A stretch of DNA of 64,000 bases from Candidatus Saccharimonadota bacterium (GTDB taxonomy: Bacteria; Patescibacteriota; Saccharimonadia; Saccharimonadales; JACDBH01). Location of the stretch: assembly GCA_043745485.1 (NCBI GenBank), contig JAYTSU010000021.1, forward strand, positions 2,533 to 66,532, in the 5' to 3' direction. Below, in pieces: positions 8,060 through 19,730 of this stretch (positions are counted from its first letter, which is position 1; every line of letters begins with the position of its first letter). The position numbers and the translations under genes were made by a program. The notes beneath the pieces were generated by a model. It saw only the letters and a list, made by a program, of their open reading frames with translations, did no database searches and had not been told where the DNA came from.

Positions 8060-11000
8060 ATGGGTAACTTCTCCAAAGAATATGACATGTTAAATGTCGA
8101 ACAAAAAAAGGCTGTCGATGCTACTGAGGGCGCAGTCTTGGTCATTGCAGGGCCGGGCACAGGCAAAACCCAACTTCTTTCACTACGAGTCGCAAACATA
8201 TTAGAAAAATCTGACAGCCTACCACAAAACATTTTATGTCTTACGTTTACTAATAAAGCTGCGAACAACATGCAACTTCGCTTGAGTAAACTCGTGGGCG
8301 CGGCCGCTCGTAAAGTCATGATAAGTACTTTCCATAGTTTTGCTGCTGAAGTCATGAATCTATACCCCGAATATTTTTGGCAGGGAGCACGCCTTATAAA
8401 TGTGCCACAAGCGGTGCAGTATGAAATTATTACTAATATACTATCAGCACTACCTCTCGACAATCCGCTTGCACTCAAATTTGCCGGTCAATTTACAAGC
8501 ACTAAAGATGTCTTAGATGGGCTGAGACTTGCTAAAGAAGCGGGTTTGACACCAGATAAGCTGCGAGCGCTTATAGAGCATAATATTTCGTACATTAACA
8601 CAGTCGAATCGGAGCTTGTAGAAATATGTTCTGAGCGACTGAGTTATAAAAAACTTGATGAACTCGCGCTACGTATTGAGGAGTTGCCTATGCAGCATAC
8701 CGACGATCTAACTCGGCCGCTTTCGGCACTATCAACCGTTATATTAGAAAGTTTTGAGGCCGCACATAGCGCTGATGAAGCTACGGCTAAGACAAGGAAT
8801 ACCAGTGCGTGGAAAAGCCGCTGGATCAAATCCGTTGAAGGCAAAAAAGGTATGTATGACGAAAGGAAGCGCAATGATTGGTGGTTGGCACTAGCTGATG
8901 TTTATGAAAGCTATAGAAATGCATTGCACGCTCGCGGCTTTTACGATTTTTCTGACATGATAATTGAAGTTATTACGCAACTAGAACGTCGTCCTGACAT
9001 GCTGGCCGACATTCAAGAACGTTTTCATTATGTGCTGATTGACGAGTTTCAGGATACGAATGCAGCTCAGCTTCGACTCGCGCACCTTGTTGCAGACAGC
9101 TATACGTCAGAAGGAAACCCAAATATTATGGCAGTAGGTGACGATGATCAGTCTATCTACAAGTTTAATGGAGCAGAGCTGAGTAATATGCTTGGCTTTA
9201 CACGGAGCTATCCTAAAGCGCAAATATTTGTGCTGACAGATAATTACCGCTCGAGCCAAAAGGTGCTTGATGTATCGATGGAAGTTATTAAGCAGGCAAG
9301 TGAACGCGTCACGACTAAATATGCTGCTATTACAAAAGAATTGGTCGCCAAAAACCCACCCGCAGCATCAAGTAACATCAAACATCTCTCCTTTCCAACC
9401 AAAGAACATGAATATTATGGTGTTGCCAAAGCCATTAAGTTAGCGCATAAAAAAGGTAGCGTAGCTGTACTCGCTCGCAGTCATGACAGTTTACGGAAAG
9501 TTGCCTTGGCATTGCGCTCCCAAAGTGTGCCTGTGCGCTATGAGCAACAGCAAAGTGTTTTGGAACAACCTATTATTAAACAGGTGTTGTTAATTAGCGA
9601 GATTATTACTGCAATATCTACAGGTGACGAGGCTCTCGTTAATACGTATATTCCAAAGCTTTTAACGTATGACACATGGCATATTACGCCGAGTATATTA
9701 TGGAAGCTTGCTCTGCAGAACCGCAACAATACTCACTGGTTAGAAAGTATGGAAAACAGCACTGACGAATACCTTATGAGCATTGCACAGTGGCTACTGT
9801 GGCTTGCAGGCAAAAGTCAGTCAGAGCCGCTCGTCCGTATGCTCGAATATATCATTGGACTTAGCGCCTCAGAACATATGACTAGTCCATTGCGCCGACA
9901 CTACTTAGAAGCTACCGCAGTAGATACGCCGTATCTCGCTGGCATATCTGCTATTTCTAAACTCATTACTCTTGCGCAAGAATTTAGCACACACGGCTCA
10001 GCTTCTATTGAAGATTTTGTGCGGCTCATGCGCGTAAGCCATGACAACAACCAAACCATCACTGATCAGTCGCTTTTTGTGACGTCTTCAGACGCAGTTG
10101 AGCTCCTAACAATACATAAGGCAAAGGGCCTTGAGTTTGACTCTGTCTATATAGTGGATGCAATGGAATCGAACTGGAAACCATCGTCACGCGGACGTAA
10201 AGCACCGTCTAACCTGCCACTACGTCCAGCAGGTGACAATTATGACGACTACGTACGGCTCATGTTTGTTGCGATGACACGTGCTAAGCGTGACCTAACA
10301 ATTGCTAGTTACTATACAAACGAGGCAGGCGATGAAGCTGTGCCATCGTCTATAATTCGTGACATCTTACCAGCAGAAATAATTACTTATAATAATGCGG
10401 ACAATCCTATTACTGTATTGGAACCTGCAGTTACATGGCCCCGGCTTGAAGGTAGTGATGAAACAACGCTTCTCAAAGATATCTTAGAAAACTATACATT
10501 AAGCCCTAGTGCATTTCTGGACTTCCTAGATATATCAAAAGGTGGGCCACAATATTTCTTAGAAAAATATTTGCTCCGTTTGCCAGAAGCTCAATCTACG
10601 GCGGCCGCATTTGGTAGCTCAATCCATAGAGCACTGGAAAGTGCTCAGCAGCTCATGCGTGACGGTAATTTTGATATAAATGCCATTACTTCCACATATA
10701 AAATTACGTTACTTGAACAAAATCTAAGCAGTCTGGAATATAGCCGCTATCTAGCCCATGGCAAGAATATTATCAGACGGCTATTTGAAAATTATGAATT
10801 AGTACTGAGTGTTGAGGGCAAGCCAGAAGTATCTTTGAATGTACACGTAAATGATGTTGCAATAAAAGGTAAGTTGGACCGTTTGGACAGTACTGAAAAT
10901 AGTCTACTCATAACTGACTATAAAACTGGTAAACCGTTGAGCTCTTTGCACACCAAAAACCAATCTTTACAGCTCAAAGCCTGGCGACATCGGACACAGT

Positions 11001-11272
11001 TAGAGCTATACATTCTTATGCTCCGTGAGTCTGGAAAGTTTCCGAATAATACAATTATAGAAGCTCAAATGACATACGTGGAAGCAGAGTCCAAGAAAGA
11101 ACTAAATCTCAGATACATTCCTGATGAGGATGCGCTACATCGCGTACAACAATTAGTTATAAAAGTCAGTAAAAATATTCAAAGCCTAAATCTGCCAGAT
11201 ATACGTCATTATGATGCAAGTTACGATGGTACTAGGCAGTTTGAGAATGATTTATTAAACGGCACAATATAA
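8060..11272 (+). CDS. UvrD/PcrA-type superfamily 1 helicase fused to a C-terminal PD-(D/E)XK nuclease domain (AddA-like)
   Basis: It has AGPGTGKT (Walker A), DEFQDTN, VGDDDQSIYKFNGA and TIHKAKGLEFDSVYIVD helicase motifs. It also has the C-terminal DRLD...LITDYKTGK nuclease motif. Confidence 0.85.
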   Translation: MGNFSKEYDMLNVEQKKAVDATEGAVLVIAGPGTGKTQLLSLRVANILEKSDSLPQNILCLTFTNKAANNMQLRLSKLVGAAARKVMISTFHSFAAEVMNLYPEYFWQGARLINVPQAVQYEIITNILSALPLDNPLALKFAGQFTSTKDVLDGLRLAKEAGLTPDKLRALIEHNISYINTVESELVEICSERLSYKKLDELALRIEELPMQHTDDLTRPLSALSTVILESFEAAHSADEATAKTRNTSAWKSRWIKSVEGKKGMYDERKRNDWWLALADVYESYRNALHARGFYDFSDMIIEVITQLERRPDMLADIQERFHYVLIDEFQDTNAAQLRLAHLVADSYTSEGNPNIMAVGDDDQSIYKFNGAELSNMLGFTRSYPKAQIFVLTDNYRSSQKVLDVSMEVIKQASERVTTKYAAITKELVAKNPPAASSNIKHLSFPTKEHEYYGVAKAIKLAHKKGSVAVLARSHDSLRKVALALRSQSVPVRYEQQQSVLEQPIIKQVLLISEIITAISTGDEALVNTYIPKLLTYDTWHITPSILWKLALQNRNNTHWLESMENSTDEYLMSIAQWLLWLAGKSQSEPLVRMLEYIIGLSASEHMTSPLRRHYLEATAVDTPYLAGISAISKLITLAQEFSTHGSASIEDFVRLMRVSHDNNQTITDQSLFVTSSDAVELLTIHKAKGLEFDSVYIVDAMESNWKPSSRGRKAPSNLPLRPAGDNYDDYVRLMFVAMTRAKRDLTIASYYTNEAGDEAVPSSIIRDILPAEIITYNNADNPITVLEPAVTWPRLEGSDETTLLKDILENYTLSPSAFLDFLDISKGGPQYFLEKYLLRLPEAQSTAAAFGSSIHRALESAQQLMRDGNFDINAITSTYKITLLEQNLSSLEYSRYLAHGKNIIRRLFENYELVLSVEGKPEVSLNVHVNDVAIKGKLDRLDSTENSLLITDYKTGKPLSSLHTKNQSLQLKAWRHRTQLELYILMLRESGKFPNNTIIEAQMTYVEAESKKELNLRYIPDEDALHRVQQLVIKVSKNIQSLNLPDIRHYDASYDGTRQFENDLLNGTI

Positions 11273-11273
11273 A

Positions 11274-11305
11274 AAGAACTCCTTTTTAACGGAGTTCTTT
11301 TTATT
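11274..11305. terminator. Bidirectional rho-independent terminator between the convergent helicase and aquaporin genes
   Basis: A 9-bp stem aagaactcc/ggagttctt has an 8-nt loop. It is flanked by an A-run upstream and a T-run downstream. Confidence 0.75.
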
Positions 11306-11321
11306 GAAAAAGTTACGGTAA

Positions 11322-12080
11322 CTAGCTTGTTTTGCGACGAGTTGTTGTAGTCCTCTTCTTAACAACTGGCTTGCGACGAGTAGTAGCCTTTGATGTTGCA
11401 ATACGGCGTGACACAACTGGAGTGGTTTCTGTTGTGTTAACGACTGTTACCTTTCCTGATGTACGAGTAGCAAACAAATATGCGTACAAGTTCATACCAA
11501 CGACTGACCCAATGATTGGCCCAAAGATATATGCACGGCCCCACGACTGGTTAGCAAGTGCGACGGCAGGGTTGATAGTTGCATTTGATGCAAGTGAAGC
11601 TATAACTACGCCAACAAACAGTGCAGCACCAACAGTTGCTGCGAGCTTACCGCCTTCGTATTTTTGGTACAAAGCTGAAGTGATACCAAATGTAAATACA
11701 AACGTACCAACTGCTTCTGCAACGAGTACCTTCCAGTCAAAATTCTTACCTGCAATGCTCGTCAGTTTTTGGCCAGTAAAATACTGAGCTAACTGCCAAG
11801 CACCGTAACCGCCAAGCATCTGTGCTGCGAGGAATGCGAGTGCTTGTAATGATCCGATCTTACGAATAGTCCACATACCAACTGTTACTGCTGGATTAAA
11901 ATGTGCACCAGAATTTGCTCTAAAAACGAGAGTTAATAGCATATAGGCAATTGCTGCACTAAATGCTACGAAATACCCAATACCAATTTGTGAACGTGCC
12001 ACGTTTATAACTGCAGTTGCCAGGATGCCGGTACCCAGGAACTCCGCTACTAACATAGCGACTTTTGAACGTACTGTCAT
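11322..12080 (-). CDS. MIP-family channel (aquaporin/glycerol facilitator) with a basic Thr/Arg/Lys-rich C-terminal tail
   Basis: It has two NPA boxes (HFNPAVTVG and INPAVALA) and six hydrophobic helices. The tail reads ...TTRRKPVVKKRTTTTRRKTS. Confidence 0.85.
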   Translation of the reverse strand: MTVRSKVAMLVAEFLGTGILATAVINVARSQIGIGYFVAFSAAIAYMLLTLVFRANSGAHFNPAVTVGMWTIRKIGSLQALAFLAAQMLGGYGAWQLAQYFTGQKLTSIAGKNFDWKVLVAEAVGTFVFTFGITSALYQKYEGGKLAATVGAALFVGVVIASLASNATINPAVALANQSWGRAYIFGPIIGSVVGMNLYAYLFATRTSGKVTVVNTTETTPVVSRRIATSKATTRRKPVVKKRTTTTRRKTS

Positions 12081-12215
12081 TGTAGAAAACCTTCCGTTAT
12101 TTTATTACACTCAGCATAATACTATTTTTAGATTTTGCAAATAGTTATAGTTTTTATCTTGAAATAAGAAGCGTGGTATTGATCGAGATTATGTAAACTT
12201 TATGATTGCCTAATG

Positions 12216-12638
12216 CTATCGTTTTCGGCGCTTGAGGCCAGCAACTTGCAAACGAACTGCGTGGCGATCCATAAGCGTTTGGGCGTGCTGCAAAGACACG
12301 TGATCCCTGGCTTCGGCTTTCATTTTCTTGGCTAGCTCAAAGGCTTTCTGGACTTCTTGTTCATTAAGTTCGTCGGCGCTGTCAGCCTCATCAACGAGGA
12401 TTTTTAACTCGTTATTTTCTACTTGTACCGTACCCCCGCTGATTGCAAATATGTCGCGTTGATCGTCACGTTCAGTTGCTGTTTTGCGCACCATAATGGC
12501 GCCGTGCGTTGCAACACTAATAAGCGGCATGTGGTCTGGCAAAACACCAATTTCACCGTCTAAAGTTGGTATTAATACTTCATATGCTTCGCCGTCATAT
12601 TTAACACCGTCGAGTGTATATAAAACGAAGTGAATCAT
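12216..12638 (-). CDS. atpC: F1 ATP synthase subunit epsilon
   Basis: It is the last gene of the atp operon, with an N-terminal beta-sandwich-like sequence (DGEIGVLPDHMPLIS). Confidence 0.85.
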   Translation of the reverse strand: MIHFVLYTLDGVKYDGEAYEVLIPTLDGEIGVLPDHMPLISVATHGAIMVRKTATERDDQRDIFAISGGTVQVENNELKILVDEADSADELNEQEVQKAFELAKKMKAEARDHVSLQHAQTLMDRHAVRLQVAGLKRRKR

Positions 12639-12641
12639 GAA

Positions 12642-14051
<1,410 letters not shown>

Positions 14052-14088
14052 TTAGTGTATGTCATAAAAGTTTCTAAAGTTACATGAA

Positions 14089-14961
14089 TCATTTCATTGC
14101 CTCCGCACCGCCAGTTACTTCAGCAATTTCCTGGGTAATGTTCGACTGGCGTGCACTATTAAAAGCCAGCGTAAGGTCTCCGATAATGTCATTAGCATTG
14201 TCAGTTGCGTTTTTCATACTCAACATACGCATTGAGTGTTCAGAGGCAATACTCTCAAGCATTGCTTGCCAAATTTGGACTTCTAGCAGGCGCTCAGTCA
14301 CATTGTCGAGCACATCAGTTATAGTTGGCTCAAACGTGACACTGCTGAGTGATTCGGTTGCACCAGGGTCAGATTCATCCAAACGCGCGGGCAACAGCGA
14401 CATGGCATTTGCGACTTGCAGAATGTTGGACTGGTGCACGGTATAAAGTAGCTGGACGTCATCAACAGCAGAAGTCGCATATTGATCTATAATACTTGTC
14501 AAAATTGGGCGTAGGTCATTGGCACTTGGATGGTCGCCGAAGCCTGGAAAGGCGGCAAGCAGTTCAATTCCTTCCAGGCGGCGGATAAACTGGACGCCGC
14601 GTTTACCAATAACAATGGCTTGGGATTTTACACCATGTTTCTTATCTTCGATTGCTGCTTTAGTTAAAAGCTTTATGATATTCGAATTGTAGGCACCGGC
14701 AAGTCCACCGTCGCTAGTAATTGCCACATAAAGCCGGGTTTTAACTTCGCGTTGCACGAAGAGTGGATGTTCATTAACATCTGTAACAGTTGTTAAACGG
14801 CTAAGAAGCTCGTGAGCCGCAACTCGGTAGCTTCGGCCACGCTCCGCAACTTCTGTGGCGCGGCGCATTTTTGAGGCAGAAACCAACTCCATCGCCTTAG
14901 TGATCTGGCGAGTACTTTTGACGCTCTTTATACGTCGTTGAAGTAGTTGGGTACTAGCCAT
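14089..14961 (-). CDS. atpG: F1 ATP synthase subunit gamma
   Basis: It has the typical N-terminus RRIKSVKSTRQITKAMELVSASKMRRA and C-terminus ITQEIAEVTGGAEA. Confidence 0.9.
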   Translation of the reverse strand: MASTQLLQRRIKSVKSTRQITKAMELVSASKMRRATEVAERGRSYRVAAHELLSRLTTVTDVNEHPLFVQREVKTRLYVAITSDGGLAGAYNSNIIKLLTKAAIEDKKHGVKSQAIVIGKRGVQFIRRLEGIELLAAFPGFGDHPSANDLRPILTSIIDQYATSAVDDVQLLYTVHQSNILQVANAMSLLPARLDESDPGATESLSSVTFEPTITDVLDNVTERLLEVQIWQAMLESIASEHSMRMLSMKNATDNANDIIGDLTLAFNSARQSNITQEIAEVTGGAEAMK

Positions 14962-14965
14962 TTAG

Positions 14966-16528
14966 CTACTTATTGTCCTTCACTTCAGCTACATGCTCAT
15001 AAGCCTTTGCCACACTTTTCGCAAGTGTTAGTATCTTCGCTTTGTCTGCGTCAGCCGGCTCTGCACCAGTGTTGAGGCCTTCGACAATTGTTGGATGGTC
15101 ATGTTTTAAATCACGAAGTAAGGCCGACTCAGCGGTCTTGATTTTGTCCAGTGGAACCTTATCAAAAATACCTTCAGTAGCGGCCAATAGCATAGTAAAC
15201 ATTTGCCACACACCGTAAGGAGTATACTGTGGCTGCTTCAAAAGTTCGGTCAAACGCTGACCGCGCTCGATACGCTGCTTGGTGTCGGCATCGAGGTCGG
15301 TCGAGAACTGTGAAAATGCAGCAAGTTCACGGAACTGTGCCAGGTCAACACGGAGTGACTTGGCAACACTTTTAACGGCTTTTGTCTGAGCAGAGCCACC
15401 AACACGCGAAACCGAAAGACCAACGGATACAGCCGGACGAATACCCTGGTAGGACAAGTTGGTTTCCATGAAAATTTGACCGTCGGTAATAGAGATGACA
15501 TTAGTTGGGATGTAGGCAGAAATATCACCCGCCTGCGTTTCGATAATAGGCAGGGCAGTTAACGAGCCTGAGCCAAGTTCGTCGTTTAGCTTCGCAGAAC
15601 GCTCGAGCAAGCGACTATGAAGGTAAAAAACATCACCTGGATACGCCTCGCGGCCCGGTGGACGGCGAAGCAAGAGTGACATCTGGCGGTAGGCTGCCGC
15701 GTGCTTCGAAAGATCATCATAAATAATCAATGCGTGCTGTTTGTTGTCGCGGAAATATTCGCCCATGGCTGTTGCTGCGTACGGAGCCAAGTACTGTAGC
15801 GATGCAGGGTCGGCAGCCGAAGTAGCCACCACAATCGTCTGGTCCATAACACCTTCACGCTTGAGGCGCTCCACCAGGCGGGCAACTTTACTCATCTTTT
15901 GACCGATAGCGACGTAGATGTTAATAACGCCTGTTTTCTGTTGGTGTTGGTTAATCATCGTGTCGATAGCAACAGCGGTCTTGCCAGTTTGACGGTCGCC
16001 AATAATAAGCTCACGCTGGCCACGGCCAATTGGCACCATGGCATCGATGGCGATAATGCCAGTCATCAGCGGTTCATGCACGCTTTTACGAGTCAAAACA
16101 CCTGGCGCGACTTTCTCTACCGCACTTGTGAGCGTCGTTTTGATTGCGCCTTTGCCGTCAATTGGGTTACCCATTGGGTCAACCACACGACCAACCAGCT
16201 CTGGTCCAACAGGGACTTCCAAAATTTTGCCCGTTAGTTTAGCTTTAGCGCCGGCTTTGATAAGCGTATCTTCACCCAAAAGCACGCCACCAATTTCGTC
16301 CTCAGATAGGTTGAAGGCAAAAGCCGTCACTGCGCTGCCGTCAATAGCATCAATTTCGATCATTTCGTTATAACCACAGGTTGTTAGCCCATAAATCCAC
16401 ACCACACCGTCACCAACACGGGTTACAATGCCTGTTTGTTCAATTTCAGGGCGCTTTTTAAGCTCGGCTATTGCAGAACGAATATCTGCCGATAGGTCTG
16501 TGATTGATATATCTTTCATGGTACTCAT
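14966..16528 (-). CDS. atpA: F1 ATP synthase subunit alpha
   Basis: It has the [14 protein letters not shown] Walker A motif, [20 protein letters not shown], and a size of 520 aa. Confidence 0.95.
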   Translation of the reverse strand: MSTMKDISITDLSADIRSAIAELKKRPEIEQTGIVTRVGDGVVWIYGLTTCGYNEMIEIDAIDGSAVTAFAFNLSEDEIGGVLLGEDTLIKAGAKAKLTGKILEVPVGPELVGRVVDPMGNPIDGKGAIKTTLTSAVEKVAPGVLTRKSVHEPLMTGIIAIDAMVPIGRGQRELIIGDRQTGKTAVAIDTMINQHQQKTGVINIYVAIGQKMSKVARLVERLKREGVMDQTIVVATSAADPASLQYLAPYAATAMGEYFRDNKQHALIIYDDLSKHAAAYRQMSLLLRRPPGREAYPGDVFYLHSRLLERSAKLNDELGSGSLTALPIIETQAGDISAYIPTNVISITDGQIFMETNLSYQGIRPAVSVGLSVSRVGGSAQTKAVKSVAKSLRVDLAQFRELAAFSQFSTDLDADTKQRIERGQRLTELLKQPQYTPYGVWQMFTMLLAATEGIFDKVPLDKIKTAESALLRDLKHDHPTIVEGLNTGAEPADADKAKILTLAKSVAKAYEHVAEVKDNK

Positions 16529-16534
16529 AGGGGA

Positions 16535-16936
16535 TTATTTATTCCTCGCGGCAGTTAATCGTTTTAGTTTATTAAGTTTAGCGCGAACTGTCAGGTCTAG
16601 CTCTTCGCCGGCCATCTCTAAACGCACACCACCTACTAAAGTCTCGTCAATCTGCTCATTTAAAGCAATATTTTGAGCTTTTGGATAGTCGTTTTTTAAT
16701 TCATGCATGATGGCAGCGCGCTCAGATACTCCTAAGGCATAAGCGCTCACTACAGTGGCCTCAACATGCCCATGATTGGCACGATACTTTAGAACGTCAC
16801 GCATTAATGATTCGATATCATCCGTGCGACTTTGCTCCAATAAGTATCCAGCTATAGATTTGGCAAGGGCGGCACTATCAGATATATGCATAGTACGCTC
16901 ACCAATTACTTCAGCTAGTTCGAGGCGGCTAATCAT
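16535..16936 (-). CDS. atpH: F1 ATP synthase subunit delta (OSCP), short form (133 aa)
   Basis: It sits between atpF and atpA and has the C-terminal LVGGVRLEMAGEELDLTVRAKL OSCP-like motif. Confidence 0.7.
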   Translation of the reverse strand: MISRLELAEVIGERTMHISDSAALAKSIAGYLLEQSRTDDIESLMRDVLKYRANHGHVEATVVSAYALGVSERAAIMHELKNDYPKAQNIALNEQIDETLVGGVRLEMAGEELDLTVRAKLNKLKRLTAARNK

Positions 16937-16939
16937 GTT

Positions 16940-17473
16940 TTACTTACGTCCCTTCAGAGCACGCTCAACAATTTCAGCATCCTTTTTGGAATCTACTTTT
17001 TCGTGGACTACCGCCTCGGTAGCTTCGGATACCAGTCCCACGAGCTCTTTTTCAACAGCACGGCGCGCGCGGTCGGCATCTTCACCAATCCGTTCGTCGG
17101 CGTCTTTCATGATGGCTTCAACTTTTACTTTGGCGTCTTTTTCGGCGGCCTGGATAAGTTCTCGCGACTCTTTGTGTGCGATAGCTATAATTTTGTCAGC
17201 GTCATGACGAGCGTCACGGATAACGGTGGCGGCCTTGGCGTCTAAGTTAGCTTTTTCTTTTTCCATTTGCTCACCAAGCAAAATACCATCAGCAATTACC
17301 TGACGGCGTTCAGCAAGCATCTTAGTTATAGGCTTGAAGGCAAACTTTTTAAGAATCAAAAAAACCAGTCCAAAAGTAATAAGCTGGAAAACCAGACTCT
17401 TGCCATCAACCCCTAGAGCCGCGAGCGGGGAACCAGAATCGGCAGCTTCAGCGGCAAAAAACGTGTATATCAT
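16940..17473 (-). CDS. atpF: Fo ATP synthase subunit b
   Basis: It has a single N-terminal TM followed by a long charged helix, and its position in the operon fits. Confidence 0.8.
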   Translation of the reverse strand: MIYTFFAAEAADSGSPLAALGVDGKSLVFQLITFGLVFLILKKFAFKPITKMLAERRQVIADGILLGEQMEKEKANLDAKAATVIRDARHDADKIIAIAHKESRELIQAAEKDAKVKVEAIMKDADERIGEDADRARRAVEKELVGLVSEATEAVVHEKVDSKKDAEIVERALKGRK

Positions 17474-17498
17474 GCGCTTTTCCTTTCTTTTTTAGGGG

Positions 17499-17729
17499 TT
17501 ATTTGATGATGAATACTGACGCAAATACCAGAAGCGCCATAAGCTCGATGATGGCAATAATAACAAGAACTTGTCCGAGGTACTTACTTGCTTCTGGGTT
17601 ACGACCAACGGCGGTCATAAAAGCGTTACCGATAAGACCAATACCAATAGCGGGTCCAATCATACCAAAGCCCATCATGATACCCTTGGCAAGTACGGCA
17701 GTGTTGACTGCTTCTGCGAAATTAAACAT
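17499..17729 (-). CDS. atpE: Fo ATP synthase subunit c
   Basis: A 76-aa two-helix proteolipid with a Gly-rich helix 1 (GFGMIGPAIGIGLIG) and a carboxylate in helix 2 (IIELMAL). Confidence 0.9.
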   Translation of the reverse strand: MFNFAEAVNTAVLAKGIMMGFGMIGPAIGIGLIGNAFMTAVGRNPEASKYLGQVLVIIAIIELMALLVFASVFIIK

Positions 17730-17759
17730 TAATTTACTCCTTCTTTTATAAAACTTAAA

Positions 17760-18596
17760 TTAGTTTGCGGCTTTACCAACCTCAGCATTGACTACTTCAT
17801 CAACGGTCAGATGGTCCTGCGCACTTTCATGGCCACCATGATTGACGGCAACCGCCAAGTACATAATGGACAACATGACAAAAATATAGGCCTGTAAGGC
17901 ACCCACCAACAACTCTAGTATGGTAAACGGCAGTGCAGTGATGGAGCCAGCGATGCCTCCAAGGGCCGAAAAGACCGCGATGATAATTTCGCCGATAGCA
18001 ACGTTTAGAAACAACCGTAGTGCCAGACTAGCAATACGCGTGACGTCACTAAACATTTCAAAAATTCCTAGCAGCAGTGTTATAGGGTTTTTTAAACTGC
18101 CGTTAAAATAATGCCGTAAATGACTGATTGGTCCGGATTCCTTGATAGCAAAATACTGTACGAGTAGCCAGGTAATTATTGCCGCCGCTAACGTACCATT
18201 CAAATCGGCTGTAAAAGGCCGAGTCAACGGTTCGCCGTGTGACTGAAATGCTTCACCAACAAACGGTAATAAACCTAGCCAGTTGCTGAAAAGAATGAAG
18301 AAGAAAATAGCCACGAAATACGGAGCATATTTAACAGCTTTTTCTTCGCTACCGAGGGCGCTCTTGAGCGTATCAGTAATAAAATCTGTGCCGACTTCAA
18401 CTACCTGGGTCAGGCCACCTTTAGGTTTAAGCGTCATACGTCGAGCCACCGTAATCAAGACGACCATGATTAATATAGCGCATATTACGCCGTAAAACAT
18501 CGAATTCGTGATGGCAATACCGCGTATCGTAAACACAGTTAAGGGGGTAATGTGGATTACAGGATCTATAGCGAAATTGGTGAGGATATTAGTCAT
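17760..18596 (-). CDS. atpB: Fo ATP synthase subunit a
   Basis: A polytopic membrane protein with the conserved Arg context LALRLFLNVAIGE. Confidence 0.9.
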   Translation of the reverse strand: MTNILTNFAIDPVIHITPLTVFTIRGIAITNSMFYGVICAILIMVVLITVARRMTLKPKGGLTQVVEVGTDFITDTLKSALGSEEKAVKYAPYFVAIFFFILFSNWLGLLPFVGEAFQSHGEPLTRPFTADLNGTLAAAIITWLLVQYFAIKESGPISHLRHYFNGSLKNPITLLLGIFEMFSDVTRIASLALRLFLNVAIGEIIIAVFSALGGIAGSITALPFTILELLVGALQAYIFVMLSIMYLAVAVNHGGHESAQDHLTVDEVVNAEVGKAAN

Positions 18597-18937
18597 ATTA
18601 TCTTTGCCTTTCTCTTGGTTTTAATAGTGGCTTCCGCGGCATCTGAAGCCTGCTGTTGATTTACTTGTTTGATAGTTGTCCAAACGGCAGCGCTTCCGGC
18701 AACAACAGCTAACATTAGCCCAACTAATGTGAATGAAGGAGACGAGCGAAAATGTTCATCGATTTTAACTCCAGCTACTATAGGCACTACTACAGTGATT
18801 GCCAAGCGCCAGCCCATATTGAACGTCGAACTTATAAATTGTTGCTTGGCGCCAAATGCCGCAGCTGCCTGTTCAACTTTTGCGTTGACAGGGTCTATCT
18901 GAGTCGTCGTTATAACTTTGGCGGCGGCTTTTCCCAT
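18593..18937 (-). CDS. AtpZ/AtpI-like small membrane protein preceding atpB
   Basis: It has two TM helices (GWRLAITVVVPIVAG, LVGLMLAVVAGSAAV) and overlaps the atpB start by 4 nt. I chose the start at MGKAAAKV (18937), because the ORF-track start at 19015 overlaps the upstream gene. Confidence 0.55.
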   Translation of the reverse strand: MGKAAAKVITTTQIDPVNAKVEQAAAAFGAKQQFISSTFNMGWRLAITVVVPIVAGVKIDEHFRSSPSFTLVGLMLAVVAGSAAVWTTIKQVNQQQASDAAEATIKTKRKAKII

Positions 18938-18992
18938 TAATGTTCTCACTATAACAGAGATAGGCAGAGGCGTGCAAGTGTAAATAGAATCT

Positions 18993-19673
18993 TTACTGAT
19001 CAATGCCAATGGCACGCTTTAAACGTATAGATGGGCTTTCACTGGCGGGTCCATTGAGACCACCGCATGTGGCAGGATCTTGTTTGGCATCAACTTGTGC
19101 TGCAGAGGTTGCGACCGTTTTATACTGAAGAGACGCGTCTTCGCTGAATGGGCCATAGGAAATGAGTAAACGATCTTTGTCGCCGATAATTTTATTATCA
19201 ATGCGTTCAATCTGCTCTCCATTCAAAACATATTTAACGGAAAGGGACTCAGTATTGCTAAGCAACGCTGAATCCGTATGAATATAATCTTGCCCAATAC
19301 TCCATCCAATGTTTTCAAAGAAGTCTTGATAAGTTACCCGCTTGTCATGCACATGGATTACATCGTTAATGTTTTCATGCAAATGGGTGCGACCTTTAAC
19401 ATTGTTGGCATAGTCCGATGTGCAAGCAGCAATCTCTTCGTAATAGCCAAAGCCTTTATATTCTTCACGGCTACCGTTGATATAAACAGCAAAATTAGCA
19501 TGATAATGTGTCTCGCTTGGGTGTACAATCAAAAATCGCAGTGCACCAAACCATAAAATTCCACTCACAAAACCAATAAAGAGCAACGACAAACCAGGAG
19601 TATTTTTTACAAATTTCCTAGACATATGGTTAATAAAATTCTCTGAAGGGTACGATACAGATTTTTTTGACAT
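18993..19673 (-). CDS. Hypothetical membrane-anchored extracytoplasmic protein (His-rich motifs)
   Basis: It has an N-terminal TM (LSLLFIGFVSGILWFGALRFLIV) followed by HPSETHYHANFAVYING...THLHENINDVIHVH. I recognise no family. Confidence 0.5.
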   Translation of the reverse strand: MSKKSVSYPSENFINHMSRKFVKNTPGLSLLFIGFVSGILWFGALRFLIVHPSETHYHANFAVYINGSREEYKGFGYYEEIAACTSDYANNVKGRTHLHENINDVIHVHDKRVTYQDFFENIGWSIGQDYIHTDSALLSNTESLSVKYVLNGEQIERIDNKIIGDKDRLLISYGPFSEDASLQYKTVATSAAQVDAKQDPATCGGLNGPASESPSIRLKRAIGIDQ

Positions 19674-19730
19674 AGTTTTAGTGTATCAAATCATACATGG
19701 CATTCGTATGAGTTTGGTATAATAGTTTTT

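Noticed and set aside
8038-8478. N-terminal 147-aa extension of the queA ORF (track start 8478)
   Set aside because: The extension overlaps the helicase gene on the opposite strand and has no QueA similarity. QueA homology starts at MPKNYTLRDF (ATG 8037).
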